A stretch of DNA of 64,000 nucleotides. It comes from Vicinamibacterales bacterium (GTDB taxonomy: Bacteria; Acidobacteriota; Vicinamibacteria; Vicinamibacterales; UBA2999). Below are positions 1 to 9,220 of this stretch, piece by piece. The stretch covers positions 1 to 64,000 of the forward strand of contig DASRJE010000208.1 in the NCBI GenBank assembly GCA_035649635.1, read 5' to 3'. The notes under the pieces were generated by a model that saw only the letters and a list, made by a program, of their open reading frames with translations, searched no databases and was not told the origin of the DNA. Positions within the stretch are counted from its first letter, which is position 1, and each line of letters opens with the position of its first letter. The translations under genes were made by a program, and so were the position numbers.

Positions 1-340
1 TGCCCCAGAGGATGTTGTCGCTGCCCCAGAGGATGTTGTCGCTGCCCCAGAGGATGTTGTCGCTACCCCAGAGGATGTTGTCGCTACCCCAGAGGATGTT
101 GTCGCTACCCCAGAGAATGTTGTCCGCACTGCCCCAGAGGATGTTGTCGCTGCCCCAGAGGATGTTGTCGCTGCCCCAGAGGATGTTTTCAGCACTGCCC
201 CAGAGGATGTTCTCGCTGCCCCAAAGGATGTTGTCTGTGCTGCCCCATAGAATGTTTTCAGCACTGCCCCAAAGGATGTTGTCGTCGCTGCCCCAGAGGA
301 TGTTGTTTCCACTTCCCCATAGGATGTTTTTGCCCGTCGC
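1..340 (-). repeat. In-frame 21/24-bp tandem repeat array (~15 units; + strand unit TGCCCCAGAGGATGTTGTCGC) encoding (D/E/A)NILWGS heptad repeats at the C-terminus of the subtilase; array runs off the window start
   Basis: Direct reading: units at 1-21, 22-42, 43-63 are identical; later units carry 3-nt insertions (24 bp) and point changes. All unit lengths are multiples of 3, and the minus-strand translation is ...NILWGSDNILWGSAENILWGS... continuous with the protease frame. The + strand ORF 12..419 (MLSLPQR repeats) is the antisense image. Confidence 0.8.
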
Positions 341-1759
341 GTCGAGGAAGACTGGTCCCGCCGCGAACAGCAGCTTGCTGGGGGATTGCACCTCACCTAG
401 GATTGCTGGTGCCAATTGAGGCCGAGGCATGGACAACGCCGCGAGGGCGTTGAGACGGCCAGTTCCGCTTACCAGAAGGCCGTCGTTTGACCTCTCCGCG
501 GAGAACTGGAGCAGGCCCCGTATTGAAAGTGGCGAAAGGCCGGATTGCCGATTTAGTACCAAGCCGACGGTGCCTGAAACGACGGCGGTTGCCATGCTCG
601 TCCCGGATAACTGGAGTCGGTTACCCCCCTGCTGCGACACGACGAGCTCCGGATGCTCGCGAACAAGCGTTGATCCGGGTGCTGCGAGCCCTAAAATTTT
701 GTTCCCTGGTGCCACCAGATCCGGCTTCACCAGCCGATCAAATAGAGTTGGTCCCCTCGAACTGTAGCTCGCTACTTCGTCGTCGCTCCGATACGGGGTT
801 CCCTTGGAATTCAGCGCGCCGACGGTGATCGCAAATGGTGAGATCCCGGGCGTTGTAATGCCGCCATAGACAGTTCGTCCCAGCTCATCCTTGCCCCAGT
901 TGCCGGCCGCCGCGACCACCGTTATGCCGGAGCGGTAAGCACGTTCGACTGCCTGACATAAAGGGTCATCACGCCATCCTTGCGCCACTGGTCCACCCAG
1001 CGACATGTTGATGACTCGGATGTTGTAACGGTCCTTATTCGCGATCGCGTAGTCGATCGCCTCGATGACGTCACCCACAACCCCGCGGCCCCTCGCGTTG
1101 AGGACTCTCAAGCTAATGATGTTGGCCCCCGGCGCCACGCCTGAAGTCTCGTCGTGCGGGTTCCTGCCCGCGGCGGCGATGATGCCCGCCACATGCGTGC
1201 CGTGCCCGTTCAGGTCCACGCCGGGACCGTGGTCGTCCGTGAAGTCCACGCTTGCCACGATCCGGCCGCGCAGTTCGGGAAGGTTCGCGACGCCCGAATC
1301 GATGACGGCGATCCCGATCCCCTTGCCGGTCAGCGGCCCGATCCCGGCGGCCCACCCGCCCTCGTGCACCACGTCCGCGCCAATGGACTGGTTGGTGACC
1401 GCCATCTGCGCCCCGACGGCGTGGTTGCTCGAGAGATGGTCGGCCGATGGGTCGTCGGCCAGCGCCGCCAGTGCCCCGGCCGGCACATCGACGACGGCGC
1501 CGGTGACCAGGCGCTTCTTGATAAGCAGACCGTGGCGTTCGGCCAGCTCGTTGACCTGCGCCTCGGTGCCCGTGATGATGACGCTTGCCTCCCGCTGATC
1601 CCCGACACGGAGGCGCTCGGCCAAGTCGCTCGACAGGCGCGCATGACGGCTTCCCTGCGCCGACGCCGGGTCGGCGCTCAGGAGGAAGACGGTCGCGCCC
1701 GCCCAGAGAAGCGTGGTGAGTCGGAGGGTGGTGGAGATCGATGCGAGAACGTTAGCCAT
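1..1759 (-). CDS. Secreted subtilisin-like serine peptidase (S8 family), partial; C-terminal repeat region continues beyond window start
   Basis: Minus-strand ATG at complement 1757-1759. The start of my reverse-strand reading (the gene runs off the window start, so it is not in the ORF track) is "MANVLASISTTLRLTTLLWAGATVFLLSADPASAQ", a signal peptide. Catalytic triad motifs read as "AVIDSG" (Asp), "HGTHVAG" (His) and "GTSMATAVVSG" (Ser). Confidence 0.85.
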   Translation of the reverse strand, partial: MANVLASISTTLRLTTLLWAGATVFLLSADPASAQGSRHARLSSDLAERLRVGDQREASVIITGTEAQVNELAERHGLLIKKRLVTGAVVDVPAGALAALADDPSADHLSSNHAVGAQMAVTNQSIGADVVHEGGWAAGIGPLTGKGIGIAVIDSGVANLPELRGRIVASVDFTDDHGPGVDLNGHGTHVAGIIAAAGRNPHDETSGVAPGANIISLRVLNARGRGVVGDVIEAIDYAIANKDRYNIRVINMSLGGPVAQGWRDDPLCQAVERAYRSGITVVAAAGNWGKDELGRTVYGGITTPGISPFAITVGALNSKGTPYRSDDEVASYSSRGPTLFDRLVKPDLVAPGNKILGLAAPGSTLVREHPELVVSQQGGNRLQLSGTSMATAVVSGTVGLVLNRQSGLSPLSIRGLLQFSAERSNDGLLVSGTGRLNALAALSMPRPQLAPAILGEVQSPSKLLFAAGPVFLDATGKNILWGSGNNILWGSDDNILWGSAENILWGSTDNILWGSENILWGSAENILWGSDNILWGSDNILWGSADNILWGSDNILWGSDNILWGSDNILWGSDNILWGSDNILWG

Positions 1760-1783
1760 GGCGGCAGCCTTTTGGATCGGTTT

Positions 1784-2065
1784 TTACAGTCGGATCGCGG
1801 GGGCAACGCCTAGCGAGGCGCCCGACGCGGAGGTGGAAAACGCCTGGGGCCTGAACCCCAGTTCCAAGAGGGACTCGACGAGCACGCGCTGCGAGACTCC
1901 TAAAGTGCGTACGGTCCGAAGCCGGCCGTCGCGGATGCGGTTGTAGATGGTGCGGCGCGAAACGCCGAGGAGTGCGGCTGCCTGATCGATAGTGACGCTG
2001 CGACCCAGTCTGGGTTCGAATGTCGATGTTGCTGTGGTCGGGGGGAACTGAACGGATTCAACCAT
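1784..2065 (-). CDS. Small helix-turn-helix DNA-binding protein (excisionase/MerR-like HTH_17 type)
   Basis: ORF 1784..2065 (-), 93 aa. Segment TIDQAAALLGVSRRTIYNRIRDGRL is a classic Xis/MerR-type HTH. It sits 25 bp upstream of the protease on the same strand. Confidence 0.55.
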   Translation of the reverse strand: MVESVQFPPTTATSTFEPRLGRSVTIDQAAALLGVSRRTIYNRIRDGRLRTVRTLGVSQRVLVESLLELGFRPQAFSTSASGASLGVAPAIRL

Positions 2066-2288
2066 GTATTCGCTCCTACGGGAATTCCCTTAGAGCAGTG
2101 AAGATGCCAACCTCAACCCGTGATCACGTTGAATCCGTTAAGCTACTGACGCTGCACGAGTTTCTCCTGAGAGTGTGGTGAGCGCCCGATGAGGCCGATA
2201 TGCGTCTGCGGGCAGGTCCTTGGCTGATTACTGCGGTTGAGATTGAATCGCGGCCTTATATGCGGTGCCTTGCACGGATTATTTTGAT

Positions 2289-2318
2289 CGGCCAACAAAT
2301 TGGCCGGGGTGGCCAACG
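2289..2318. promoter_or_regulatory. Operator-like inverted repeat CGGCCAA-caaa-TTGGCCG followed by a third GGCCAAC half-site, immediately upstream of the ABC transporter start
   Basis: Perfect 7-bp arms with a 4-bp spacer at 2289-2306, plus GGCCAAC again at 2312-2318. It lies 7-36 bp upstream of the ATG at 2325, in the divergent region shared with the HTH gene. Confidence 0.25.
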
Positions 2319-2324
2319 GTGCCG

Positions 2325-4079
2325 ATGAGTCGTTCGCGCTTTCCCGGCGTCCTCGTGATGGGCGTCCTCTTTGTCGTCGCCTTCGTCTGGTGGCGAGGCT
2401 GTCCCGATTCATCCTCCCGGTTGCAAAGCGGTCCGTCCGGGCCGGCGAATGAGACGCACCAACGTGGCGGGGAAGTGGTGGCCTCGTCGCGATCGGAGCC
2501 GCGCTCGTTCAATCGTCTCGTAGCTGGTGATCAGACGTCCGATACCGTTTCAATGCTGACGCAGGGGCCGCTCGTCCGGATCAACCGGTCGACCTTCGAG
2601 CTGGAGCCGTGGCTGGCCGAACGCTGGGAATCGAGCGCCGACGGTCTCACCCACACCCTGCACCTCCGTCAGGGAGTCACCTGGTCCGATGGGACGCCGC
2701 TCACCTCCGCCGACGTCCTGTTCTCGCTTCGGGCCGTCTACAATCCGACCGTCAAGAGCATCCTTGCCAGCAACCTGACCGTGGGCGGGCAGCCGATCGC
2801 GGCAACGACGCCGGATGACGCGACCGTGGTCCTGACCTACGCCGCCCCATCGGGTCCGGGTCTGCGGCTGCTGGACATGCTGCCGATCCTGCCGCGCCAC
2901 AAGCTTGAAGGAGCACTATCGTCGGGAACGTTCGGGCAGGTTTGGGGAACAGCGACCAATCCGGGCGATATTGTCGGCACCGGCCCTTTCCTCCTCCGGG
3001 CCTATCAGCCGGGCCAGCGGATGGTCTTCGATCGGAACCCCCGGTACTGGCGGAAGGCTCCGGACGGTGGTCCACTCCCATACATCGATCGGCTGGTCAT
3101 AGAGATGGTGCCCGATCAGAACGCCGAGCTGCTGCGGCTGCAATCCGGTTCGACCGACCTCACGCACGGCGAGCTTCGATCCGACGACTACATCCCCCTT
3201 CGCCGCGCCGAGCAGGAAGGCAAGGTGACGATGATTGAACTCGGGGTCGGGCCGGACCCCGACGGCTTCTGGTTCTGCCTCAAGCCGGAGAAGAAGGCGC
3301 GCGACCCCCGGTTTGCTTTTCTCAGCAAGCGCGAGTTCCGTCAGGCGATTTCGCACGCGGTCGATCGAGAACGATTCGCTCAGACTGTTTTTCTCGGCGA
3401 GGCCGTTCCCGTCTGGGGGCCGATCACGCCCGGCAATCGTCTGTGGTTCTCGCCGAACGTGCCGCGCTATCCCCACGATCAGGCACGCGCACGCGCGCTG
3501 CTCAAGAGCATCGGCCTCGAGGACCGCAATGGCAACGGCGTGGTCGAGGACGAGAAGGGTACCGAAGCACGCTTCACGGTGATCACCCAGCAGGGTATTG
3601 GGTACTACGAGCGCGGCAGCACGGTCCTGCGCGAACAGGCGGCGATGGTGGGCATTGCGCTCGACGTCGTGCCTCTCGAGTTTTCGGCGATGATCATGCG
3701 GCTGCTCGCCTGCGACTACGACGCGATCTACTACAAGCCGACCACGACCGATCTCGACCCGGCCTCCAACCTGGATTACTGGCTCAGCTCGGGTGCAGCG
3801 CACCTGTGGAACATGCATCAAGAGACGCCCGCCACCGAATGGGAGAAGCAGATCGACACGTTGATGCACGACCAGTCGACGACGATCGACTTCAAGCGGC
3901 GGCAGGAGATCTTCGCCGAGGTGGAGAAGGTCTTCGCGGACAACGCGCCGGTGCTGTACTTCGCGTCGCCACGCATGTACTACGCGCACAGCCGCCGCAT
4001 GCGCGGCGTGGTGCCGTCGGTCGTTCGTCCGTCCGTGCTGTGGAACGCCGACTCGCTCAGCGTGACGGGCCCTCGCTGA
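2325..4079 (+). CDS. ABC transporter substrate-binding protein, family 5 (peptide/nickel, DppA/OppA-like)
   Basis: ORF 2265..4079. A start at the ATG 2325 (MSRSRFPGVLVMGVLFVVAFVWW) gives a TM/signal anchor. Length and motifs are typical of SBP_bac_5 (...GTGPFLLRAYQPGQRMVFDRNPRYW...). Confidence 0.85.
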   Translation: MSRSRFPGVLVMGVLFVVAFVWWRGCPDSSSRLQSGPSGPANETHQRGGEVVASSRSEPRSFNRLVAGDQTSDTVSMLTQGPLVRINRSTFELEPWLAERWESSADGLTHTLHLRQGVTWSDGTPLTSADVLFSLRAVYNPTVKSILASNLTVGGQPIAATTPDDATVVLTYAAPSGPGLRLLDMLPILPRHKLEGALSSGTFGQVWGTATNPGDIVGTGPFLLRAYQPGQRMVFDRNPRYWRKAPDGGPLPYIDRLVIEMVPDQNAELLRLQSGSTDLTHGELRSDDYIPLRRAEQEGKVTMIELGVGPDPDGFWFCLKPEKKARDPRFAFLSKREFRQAISHAVDRERFAQTVFLGEAVPVWGPITPGNRLWFSPNVPRYPHDQARARALLKSIGLEDRNGNGVVEDEKGTEARFTVITQQGIGYYERGSTVLREQAAMVGIALDVVPLEFSAMIMRLLACDYDAIYYKPTTTDLDPASNLDYWLSSGAAHLWNMHQETPATEWEKQIDTLMHDQSTTIDFKRRQEIFAEVEKVFADNAPVLYFASPRMYYAHSRRMRGVVPSVVRPSVLWNADSLSVTGPR

Positions 4080-5044
4080 TGGCGCGGTTTCTCGCCCGCA
4101 GGCTTCTTTTTGCCATCGTCCTCATCGCGCTCACCTCCTCGTCGGCGCTCCTGCTGGCGCGCCTGGCGCCCGGAGACATGACCGCGCAGCTCGGACCGTT
4201 TGCATCGGGTGTTGAGGTGCAGAGCACACGCGCGCGTTTCAATCTGGATCGAAGCCCGATGGCGCAGTGGTGGCTGTGGGTGGGGCGCGCGGTCCGTTTC
4301 GACTTCGGCGACTCCTTTCTCTACAACCGCCCGGTCGCGCCGCTCGTGGCTCGCGCCGCGGCGAACACGGCGCTGCTCGGGGTCTTGTCGCTGCTGATGG
4401 CGACGGTCGTCGGGCTGTCACTCGGCATCTTCACGGGGGCGCGCTCCGGGGTGTTGCCGGCGATCGTTCGCGGCGCATCGCTCGTGTGCGTGTCGCTGCC
4501 TCCGCTGATTACCTCGCTGGCATTCGTCTTCCTCGCGGCGCGAACGGGCTGGCTCCCCGCTGGTGGCATGGTCTCGGCAACGGCCAGCGATCCACGCTGG
4601 TCGACGTGGATCGCCGACGTACTATGGCATCTGCCGCTGCCTGTGCTCGCGCTCTCCTTGCCGATGGCGGCAACCTTCGAGCGTCTGCAGTCGCAATCGA
4701 TGGCGGAAGCCGTGCACCAGCCGTTCGTGATGGCGGCGATCGCGCGCGGCGTGCCCGCGCGGCGCGCGCTGTTGCGGCATGCCTGGCCATCGTCGCTGCG
4801 GCCGGTCTGCGCGGTCTACGGGCTAGCGATCGGCGCCCTGCTGTCGGGATCGTTCATCGTGGAGTTCGTGACCGCGTGGCCCGGCATTGGCCGACTGACG
4901 TACGACGCGTTGCGCGCTCGCGACGTCTACCTGGTCGCCGCGTGCGCGGCGACCGGAGCCGCGTTCCTCGCGATTGGGACCATGACAGGAGATCTGTTGC
5001 TGGCCGCGGCCGATCCACGAGTCAGGCAGGACCAGGCCGGATGA
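4078..5044 (+). CDS. ABC transporter permease (DppB/OppB-like)
   Basis: The ATG overlaps the upstream stop (ctgATGa at 4077-4080). MARFLARRLLFAIVLIALT...; BPD-transporter fold with multiple TM segments. The long ORF 3443..5044 is an out-of-frame extension. Confidence 0.85.
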
Positions 5045-6015
5045 AACGCGCTGCGTGGTCGCTGCTCCTCGTGATCGCCTTCGCGGCGCTCGCCGCGCCG
5101 TGGCTCGCGCCTAATCCGCCCAATCGCCGATTCGACGATCTACTCTATGCGCCACCGACACGCGTGCACGTGTTGCAGGATGGCGTGAACGCGCCGTTCA
5201 TTTATCCGTTGCGTCTCGTCAGCCGATTGGAGCGCCGCTTCGAGGTCGAGTCGTCACGCCGCGTGACACTGCGATGGTTCACGGACGGCACGCTCGTCAC
5301 TGCCGATGCGGATGCTGGCGCGCCACTGCTGCTCCTCGGCGCGGATGGCTACGGCCGCGACGTGTTCTCGCGACTTCTCCATGGCGCGCGGGCGACGCTG
5401 GCTGTCTCGCTCGTATCGGCGCTGCTCGCAACGATGGTCGGCGCCGTGGTGGGCGGAGTCGCCGGCTACGTCGGCGGACGGTTCGACGGCGTTCTGTCGC
5501 GCGTTTCGGAGTTCGTCCTCGTTCTGCCGGCGATCTACGTGGCCCTCGTCCTTCGCGCGGTGTTGCCGCTTGTGCTGCCACCGTCCACCGTGTTCATGCT
5601 CCTCATCGCGATCTTCACACTGCTCGGTTGGCCGATTGTTGCTCGAGGCGTGCGCGCGATCGTACTGGTCGAGCGAGAGCGCGAGTATGCGATGGCCGCC
5701 CGTGCCGCTGGCGCCAGCAATAGCCGTGTCCTGTTACGTCATTTGCTGCCGGCATCGCTTGGCTTCATGAAAACCCAGGCATCACTGCTCGTACCGGCGT
5801 TCATGCTCGCGGAGGCGACGCTGTCGTACGTCGGTCTCGGATTTCCCAGCACCGTGCCGACTTGGGGAACGATGCTGCAGGATGCCTCGAACGTGGCGCT
5901 GCTGGGCGACGCGCCCTGGTCGCTGGCGCCGGCCGCGGGAATTTTCGCAGTCGTTCTCGGCGTCAACCTGCTTGCGCAGAGCCAAGGGCGCGCGCCAGTA
6001 CAATTGGAACCATGA
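5041..6015 (+). CDS. ABC transporter permease (DppC/OppC-like)
   Basis: ATG 5041 overlaps the upstream TGA (ATGA). MKRAAWSLLLVIAFAALAAPWLAPNPPNRRFDDLLYAPP... is the typical DppC N-terminus. ORF 4267..6015 upstream of 5041 is a spurious extension. Confidence 0.85.
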   Translation: MKRAAWSLLLVIAFAALAAPWLAPNPPNRRFDDLLYAPPTRVHVLQDGVNAPFIYPLRLVSRLERRFEVESSRRVTLRWFTDGTLVTADADAGAPLLLLGADGYGRDVFSRLLHGARATLAVSLVSALLATMVGAVVGGVAGYVGGRFDGVLSRVSEFVLVLPAIYVALVLRAVLPLVLPPSTVFMLLIAIFTLLGWPIVARGVRAIVLVEREREYAMAARAAGASNSRVLLRHLLPASLGFMKTQASLLVPAFMLAEATLSYVGLGFPSTVPTWGTMLQDASNVALLGDAPWSLAPAAGIFAVVLGVNLLAQSQGRAPVQLEP

Positions 6016-6962
6016 AGCGCTTCACCGGTATCTACACGCCCATCGTCACGCCCTTCCAGCCTGACGACTCGCTCGACGAGGCCGGTCTCGTTCGCAACGT
6101 GCAGAGATGGATGGGCACGTCGCTTACGGGGTTAGTCGTACTCGGCTCAAATGCTGAGGCCGCTCAGCTCGACGACGATGAGTGCGATCGCGTCGTCGAC
6201 CTCGTTCGCGAGCATGTGCCGTCGGATCGCCCGCTCATCGCTGGAACCGGTCGTGAATCCACGCGAGCGACGATCGCGGCAACGCGGCGCGCGGCAGCGG
6301 CCGGCGTCGATGCGGTGCTCGTCAGGACGCCGTCATTCTTCAAGTCGCAGATGACGGCGGACGTTTTTGTACGGCACTACACGGACGTTGCAGAGTCTTC
6401 GCCGATTCCTCTGCTGCTTTACAACGTCACGATGTTCACGGGTGTGAACCTGCAAGCTGATGCGGTCGAGCGCCTGGCCGTGCACCCGAACATCGTCGGG
6501 ATCAAAGAGTCGGGAAGTGACATCGCTCAGATTGCCGAGTTCGTGTCGCGCACGCCTGACGATTTCACGGTGCTCGCAGGCTCGGCGACGACGCTCGTGC
6601 ATGCGCTGTGCGCGGGGTGCGACGGCGCAATCCTGGCGCTGGCTGCGCTCGTGCCGGATGCGTGCAACGAACTGCTGACGCTAGTTCGTCAGAGCCGGCT
6701 GGATGAGGCGCGAACTCTGCAGCGACGCCTGCTGCCGATCGCCATGTCGATCGGTGGAACTTATGGGGTACCGGGCTTGAAAGCTGCGTTACACTTACTG
6801 GGCTTCGCGGCCGGACGGCCGCGGCCGCCCCTTCACTCAGTGACACCTTCAATCGTGGACGTGATCCGTGGTCAGTTGGATGCACTCGGTGTGCTTGCTG
6901 ATCTCGGCGAGTCTCGCGGCTCGCCGCTCATTAACGCTCATCGGCCTGCCGTGACCCGCTGA
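6012..6962 (+). CDS. DapA-family (dihydrodipicolinate synthase-like) class I aldolase
   Basis: ATG 6012 overlaps the upstream stop. Motifs GTGRESTRATI... and the Schiff-base lysine context NIVGIKESGSD. No cytoplasmic ABC ATPase gene lies between the permeases and this gene. Confidence 0.8.
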   Translation: MKRFTGIYTPIVTPFQPDDSLDEAGLVRNVQRWMGTSLTGLVVLGSNAEAAQLDDDECDRVVDLVREHVPSDRPLIAGTGRESTRATIAATRRAAAAGVDAVLVRTPSFFKSQMTADVFVRHYTDVAESSPIPLLLYNVTMFTGVNLQADAVERLAVHPNIVGIKESGSDIAQIAEFVSRTPDDFTVLAGSATTLVHALCAGCDGAILALAALVPDACNELLTLVRQSRLDEARTLQRRLLPIAMSIGGTYGVPGLKAALHLLGFAAGRPRPPLHSVTPSIVDVIRGQLDALGVLADLGESRGSPLINAHRPAVTR

Positions 6963-6973
6963 CCATCGACACC

Positions 6974-8140
6974 ATGCCACTACCGTCAACAGAACGCATT
7001 CTGCTCGGCCCCGGCCCGAGCCTCATAACCCCGCGCGTCATGCGCGCGATGGCGGCACCCGTACTCAGTCATCTCGATCCTGATTTCGTCCCGATGCTGG
7101 ACGAGGTGCGCGCGTCCTTGCAGCGCGTGTTCCGCGCCGACAGTAAGGCGTTCACGATCGCGACATCGGGTACCGGCACGTCAGCGATGGAAGCGGCGGT
7201 GGCGAATGCGATCGCCGACGGCTCACATGGCATCGTCATCGTGACCGGCTACTTCGGCGATCGTCTCGCGCAGATGTTCCAGCGATACGGTGCGAAGGTG
7301 CGGCGGATCGAGGTGGAGTGGGGACGCGCTGCTGATCCGCAACGGCTCCGCGAGGAACTGAAGAGAGAAGCCGCCGACGTCATCGGGATCGTGCATGCGG
7401 AGACCTCGACGGGCGTGCTCAACCCGGTGAAGGAACTCGCTGCGGTCGCGCGCGAGCACGGCGCACTCACGATTGTCGACATGGTGACGTCGCTCGGCGG
7501 GCACGAGGTCGATCTCGCGGGCTGGGGCGTGGACATCGCGTACTCGTGCACGCAGAAGTGCATCGGCGCGCCCTCCGGAATGGCGCCAATCGCGGTCTCC
7601 GGTGCGGCGCGCGAGCGGCTCGTGCCGTGCCGCAGTTTCTATCTCGATTTGAAGCTGCTCGAGGACTATTGGGTGGGCCGTAAGTACCACCACACGATGT
7701 CGAGCACGCTGATCTACGCGCTGCGCGAAGCCTTGTTGATGGTCGAGGAGGAAGGTCTCGCAGCGCGACAGGCCCGTCACGAGCGCAATCATCGGGCGCT
7801 GGCGGCCGGAATCGAGGCGATGGGGCTCTCACTGCTTCCCCCTGCGTACGAGCGCCTGTGGACGCTCAACGCGGTGAAGATGCCGGCCGGGGTGGACGAG
7901 GCCGCCGTGCGCCGCACGATGTTGACGAACTACAACATCGAGGTGGGCGCCGGGCTCGGGCCTCTGGCTGGCAAAATCTGGCGCGTCGGGCTGATGGGTG
8001 CGAGCTCGACGCCGCAGACGCTTTTGCAGTTCCTCGCTGCCTGCGAAGGCGCGCTGGCGATGCACGGGCACAACGTGCCGGAAGGCGCGGGTGTGACGGC
8101 GGCGTCGGCGTCGCTGCGGGCGGCGCTCGTCACGGCGTAA
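6974..8140 (+). CDS. Class V aminotransferase (alanine-glyoxylate / serine-pyruvate aminotransferase family)
   Basis: ORF 6974..8140, 388 aa. PLP-lysine motif SCTQKCIGAPSG and the overall AGXT-like pattern (ILLGPGPS..., TGYFGDR...). Confidence 0.85.
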   Translation: MPLPSTERILLGPGPSLITPRVMRAMAAPVLSHLDPDFVPMLDEVRASLQRVFRADSKAFTIATSGTGTSAMEAAVANAIADGSHGIVIVTGYFGDRLAQMFQRYGAKVRRIEVEWGRAADPQRLREELKREAADVIGIVHAETSTGVLNPVKELAAVAREHGALTIVDMVTSLGGHEVDLAGWGVDIAYSCTQKCIGAPSGMAPIAVSGAARERLVPCRSFYLDLKLLEDYWVGRKYHHTMSSTLIYALREALLMVEEEGLAARQARHERNHRALAAGIEAMGLSLLPPAYERLWTLNAVKMPAGVDEAAVRRTMLTNYNIEVGAGLGPLAGKIWRVGLMGASSTPQTLLQFLAACEGALAMHGHNVPEGAGVTAASASLRAALVTA

Positions 8141-8253
8141 GCGCGGCGCCCGGCGTGTGGAGCCTGCGCGGATACCAGGGGCAGAACCCCTCGGGTTCGA
8201 CGGCGGTCGAATTCAATGCTGTTGCGATCGGATACGAACGTGGTGGTGAGCTA

Positions 8254-9138
8254 GTGGTGCCTGCCCGCCTGCCTCGTCGTCCACTGCGAGTGCTGGGCAG
8301 TGTCGCCGCCTTTGGCTTTGGCCTCATTTCCTACGTCTATCTCACGCTTCCCGACGTACGACCGTTGGCCACGAACAACCCGACGTCAACGGCATTTATG
8401 AGACTGCGCGAGCAGGAAGCCGCCGACGAGGGAGTCAAACCGCGTCTGGTGTACCGGTGGGTGCCGTATTCGCGGATCTCACCCAACCTGAGACGCGCGG
8501 TCCTGGTTGCCGAAGACAGCGCCTTCTGGGATCACGAAGGCATCGATGCCGAGCAGATCCGCAAGTCGGTCCAGGACAGCCTGACGCGTCGACAGGCGCC
8601 GCGCGGCGCGAGCACGATCACGCAGCAGCTCGCTAAGAATCTCTACCTCTCGCCTTCCTACGATCCGCTCAGGAAGATCAAAGAGCTCATCATCGCGCGC
8701 CGCCTCGAAGTCGCGCTGCCCAAGACGCGTATCTTCGAGCTCTATCTCAATGTCATCGAGTGGGGCGATCGGGTGTGGGGTGCCGAGGCCGCGGCTCGCA
8801 CCTACTTCGGTATTCCGGCTGCCGGACTCTCTCGGCAGCAATCGGCGCTGCTCGCGGGCGCCATCGTCAATCCTCGACTTTTGACACCAGCTCGACCGAC
8901 GCGGCGCCTGCTCCGCCGTCAGCAGATCATCCTTGCCCGCATGGAAAGCGGCGGGGATCGGCCTGCGCCTCCGGTCGCTACCACGCCCGACTTGGAGTCA
9001 GACGCAGAGTCTGACGCGGCTCCGCCGCCACGGTTTCGCACGACAGTTGATGAGGAAGAGGCACAGGAGGGGGAAGGAATCGAAGCCCCTGCAGAGCCGG
9101 AGCCAGCTCCTCCAGTGGAGCAAGACCCTCCGGCGTGA
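8254..9138 (+). CDS. mtgA: Monofunctional peptidoglycan glycosyltransferase (GT51, MtgA-like) with an acidic Pro/Glu-rich C-terminal tail
   Basis: In-frame GTG at 8254/8257 precedes a TM anchor (VLGSVAAFGFGLISYVYLTL). GT51 motifs RAVLVAEDSAFWDHEGID, STITQQLAKNLYLS and RIFELYLNVIEWG. The first ~130 aa of ORF 7858..9138 overlap the aminotransferase and are spurious. Confidence 0.75.
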   Translation: MVPARLPRRPLRVLGSVAAFGFGLISYVYLTLPDVRPLATNNPTSTAFMRLREQEAADEGVKPRLVYRWVPYSRISPNLRRAVLVAEDSAFWDHEGIDAEQIRKSVQDSLTRRQAPRGASTITQQLAKNLYLSPSYDPLRKIKELIIARRLEVALPKTRIFELYLNVIEWGDRVWGAEAAARTYFGIPAAGLSRQQSALLAGAIVNPRLLTPARPTRRLLRRQQIILARMESGGDRPAPPVATTPDLESDAESDAAPPPRFRTTVDEEEAQEGEGIEAPAEPEPAPPVEQDPPA

Positions 9139-9220
9139 GGGCCGATTTACAGAAAGTTCGCGGGGTCGCGCAGAAATGCGCACGGCTCAGTGAAGCTCGT
9201 AGCGGTTAGCGCCGAAATAT

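Noticed and set aside
12-419. ORF encoding MLSLPQR x n on the + strand
   Set aside because: It is the antisense image of the (D/E)NILWGS repeat array. The minus-strand frame is continuous with a complete S8 protease and has better codon usage.
2916-3989. 357-aa minus-strand ORF
   Set aside because: Antisense to the well-supported ABC substrate-binding protein gene. A high-GC artefact.
4267-6015. 582-aa ORF extending the DppC-like permease upstream
   Set aside because: The upstream 258 aa overlap the DppB-like gene out of frame and are Arg/Gly-rich low complexity. The real start is ATG 5041, which overlaps the upstream stop.
7858-8253. N-terminal 130 aa of ORF 7858..9138
   Set aside because: It overlaps the aminotransferase gene in another frame. 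The MtgA homology and TM anchor begin at GTG 8254.
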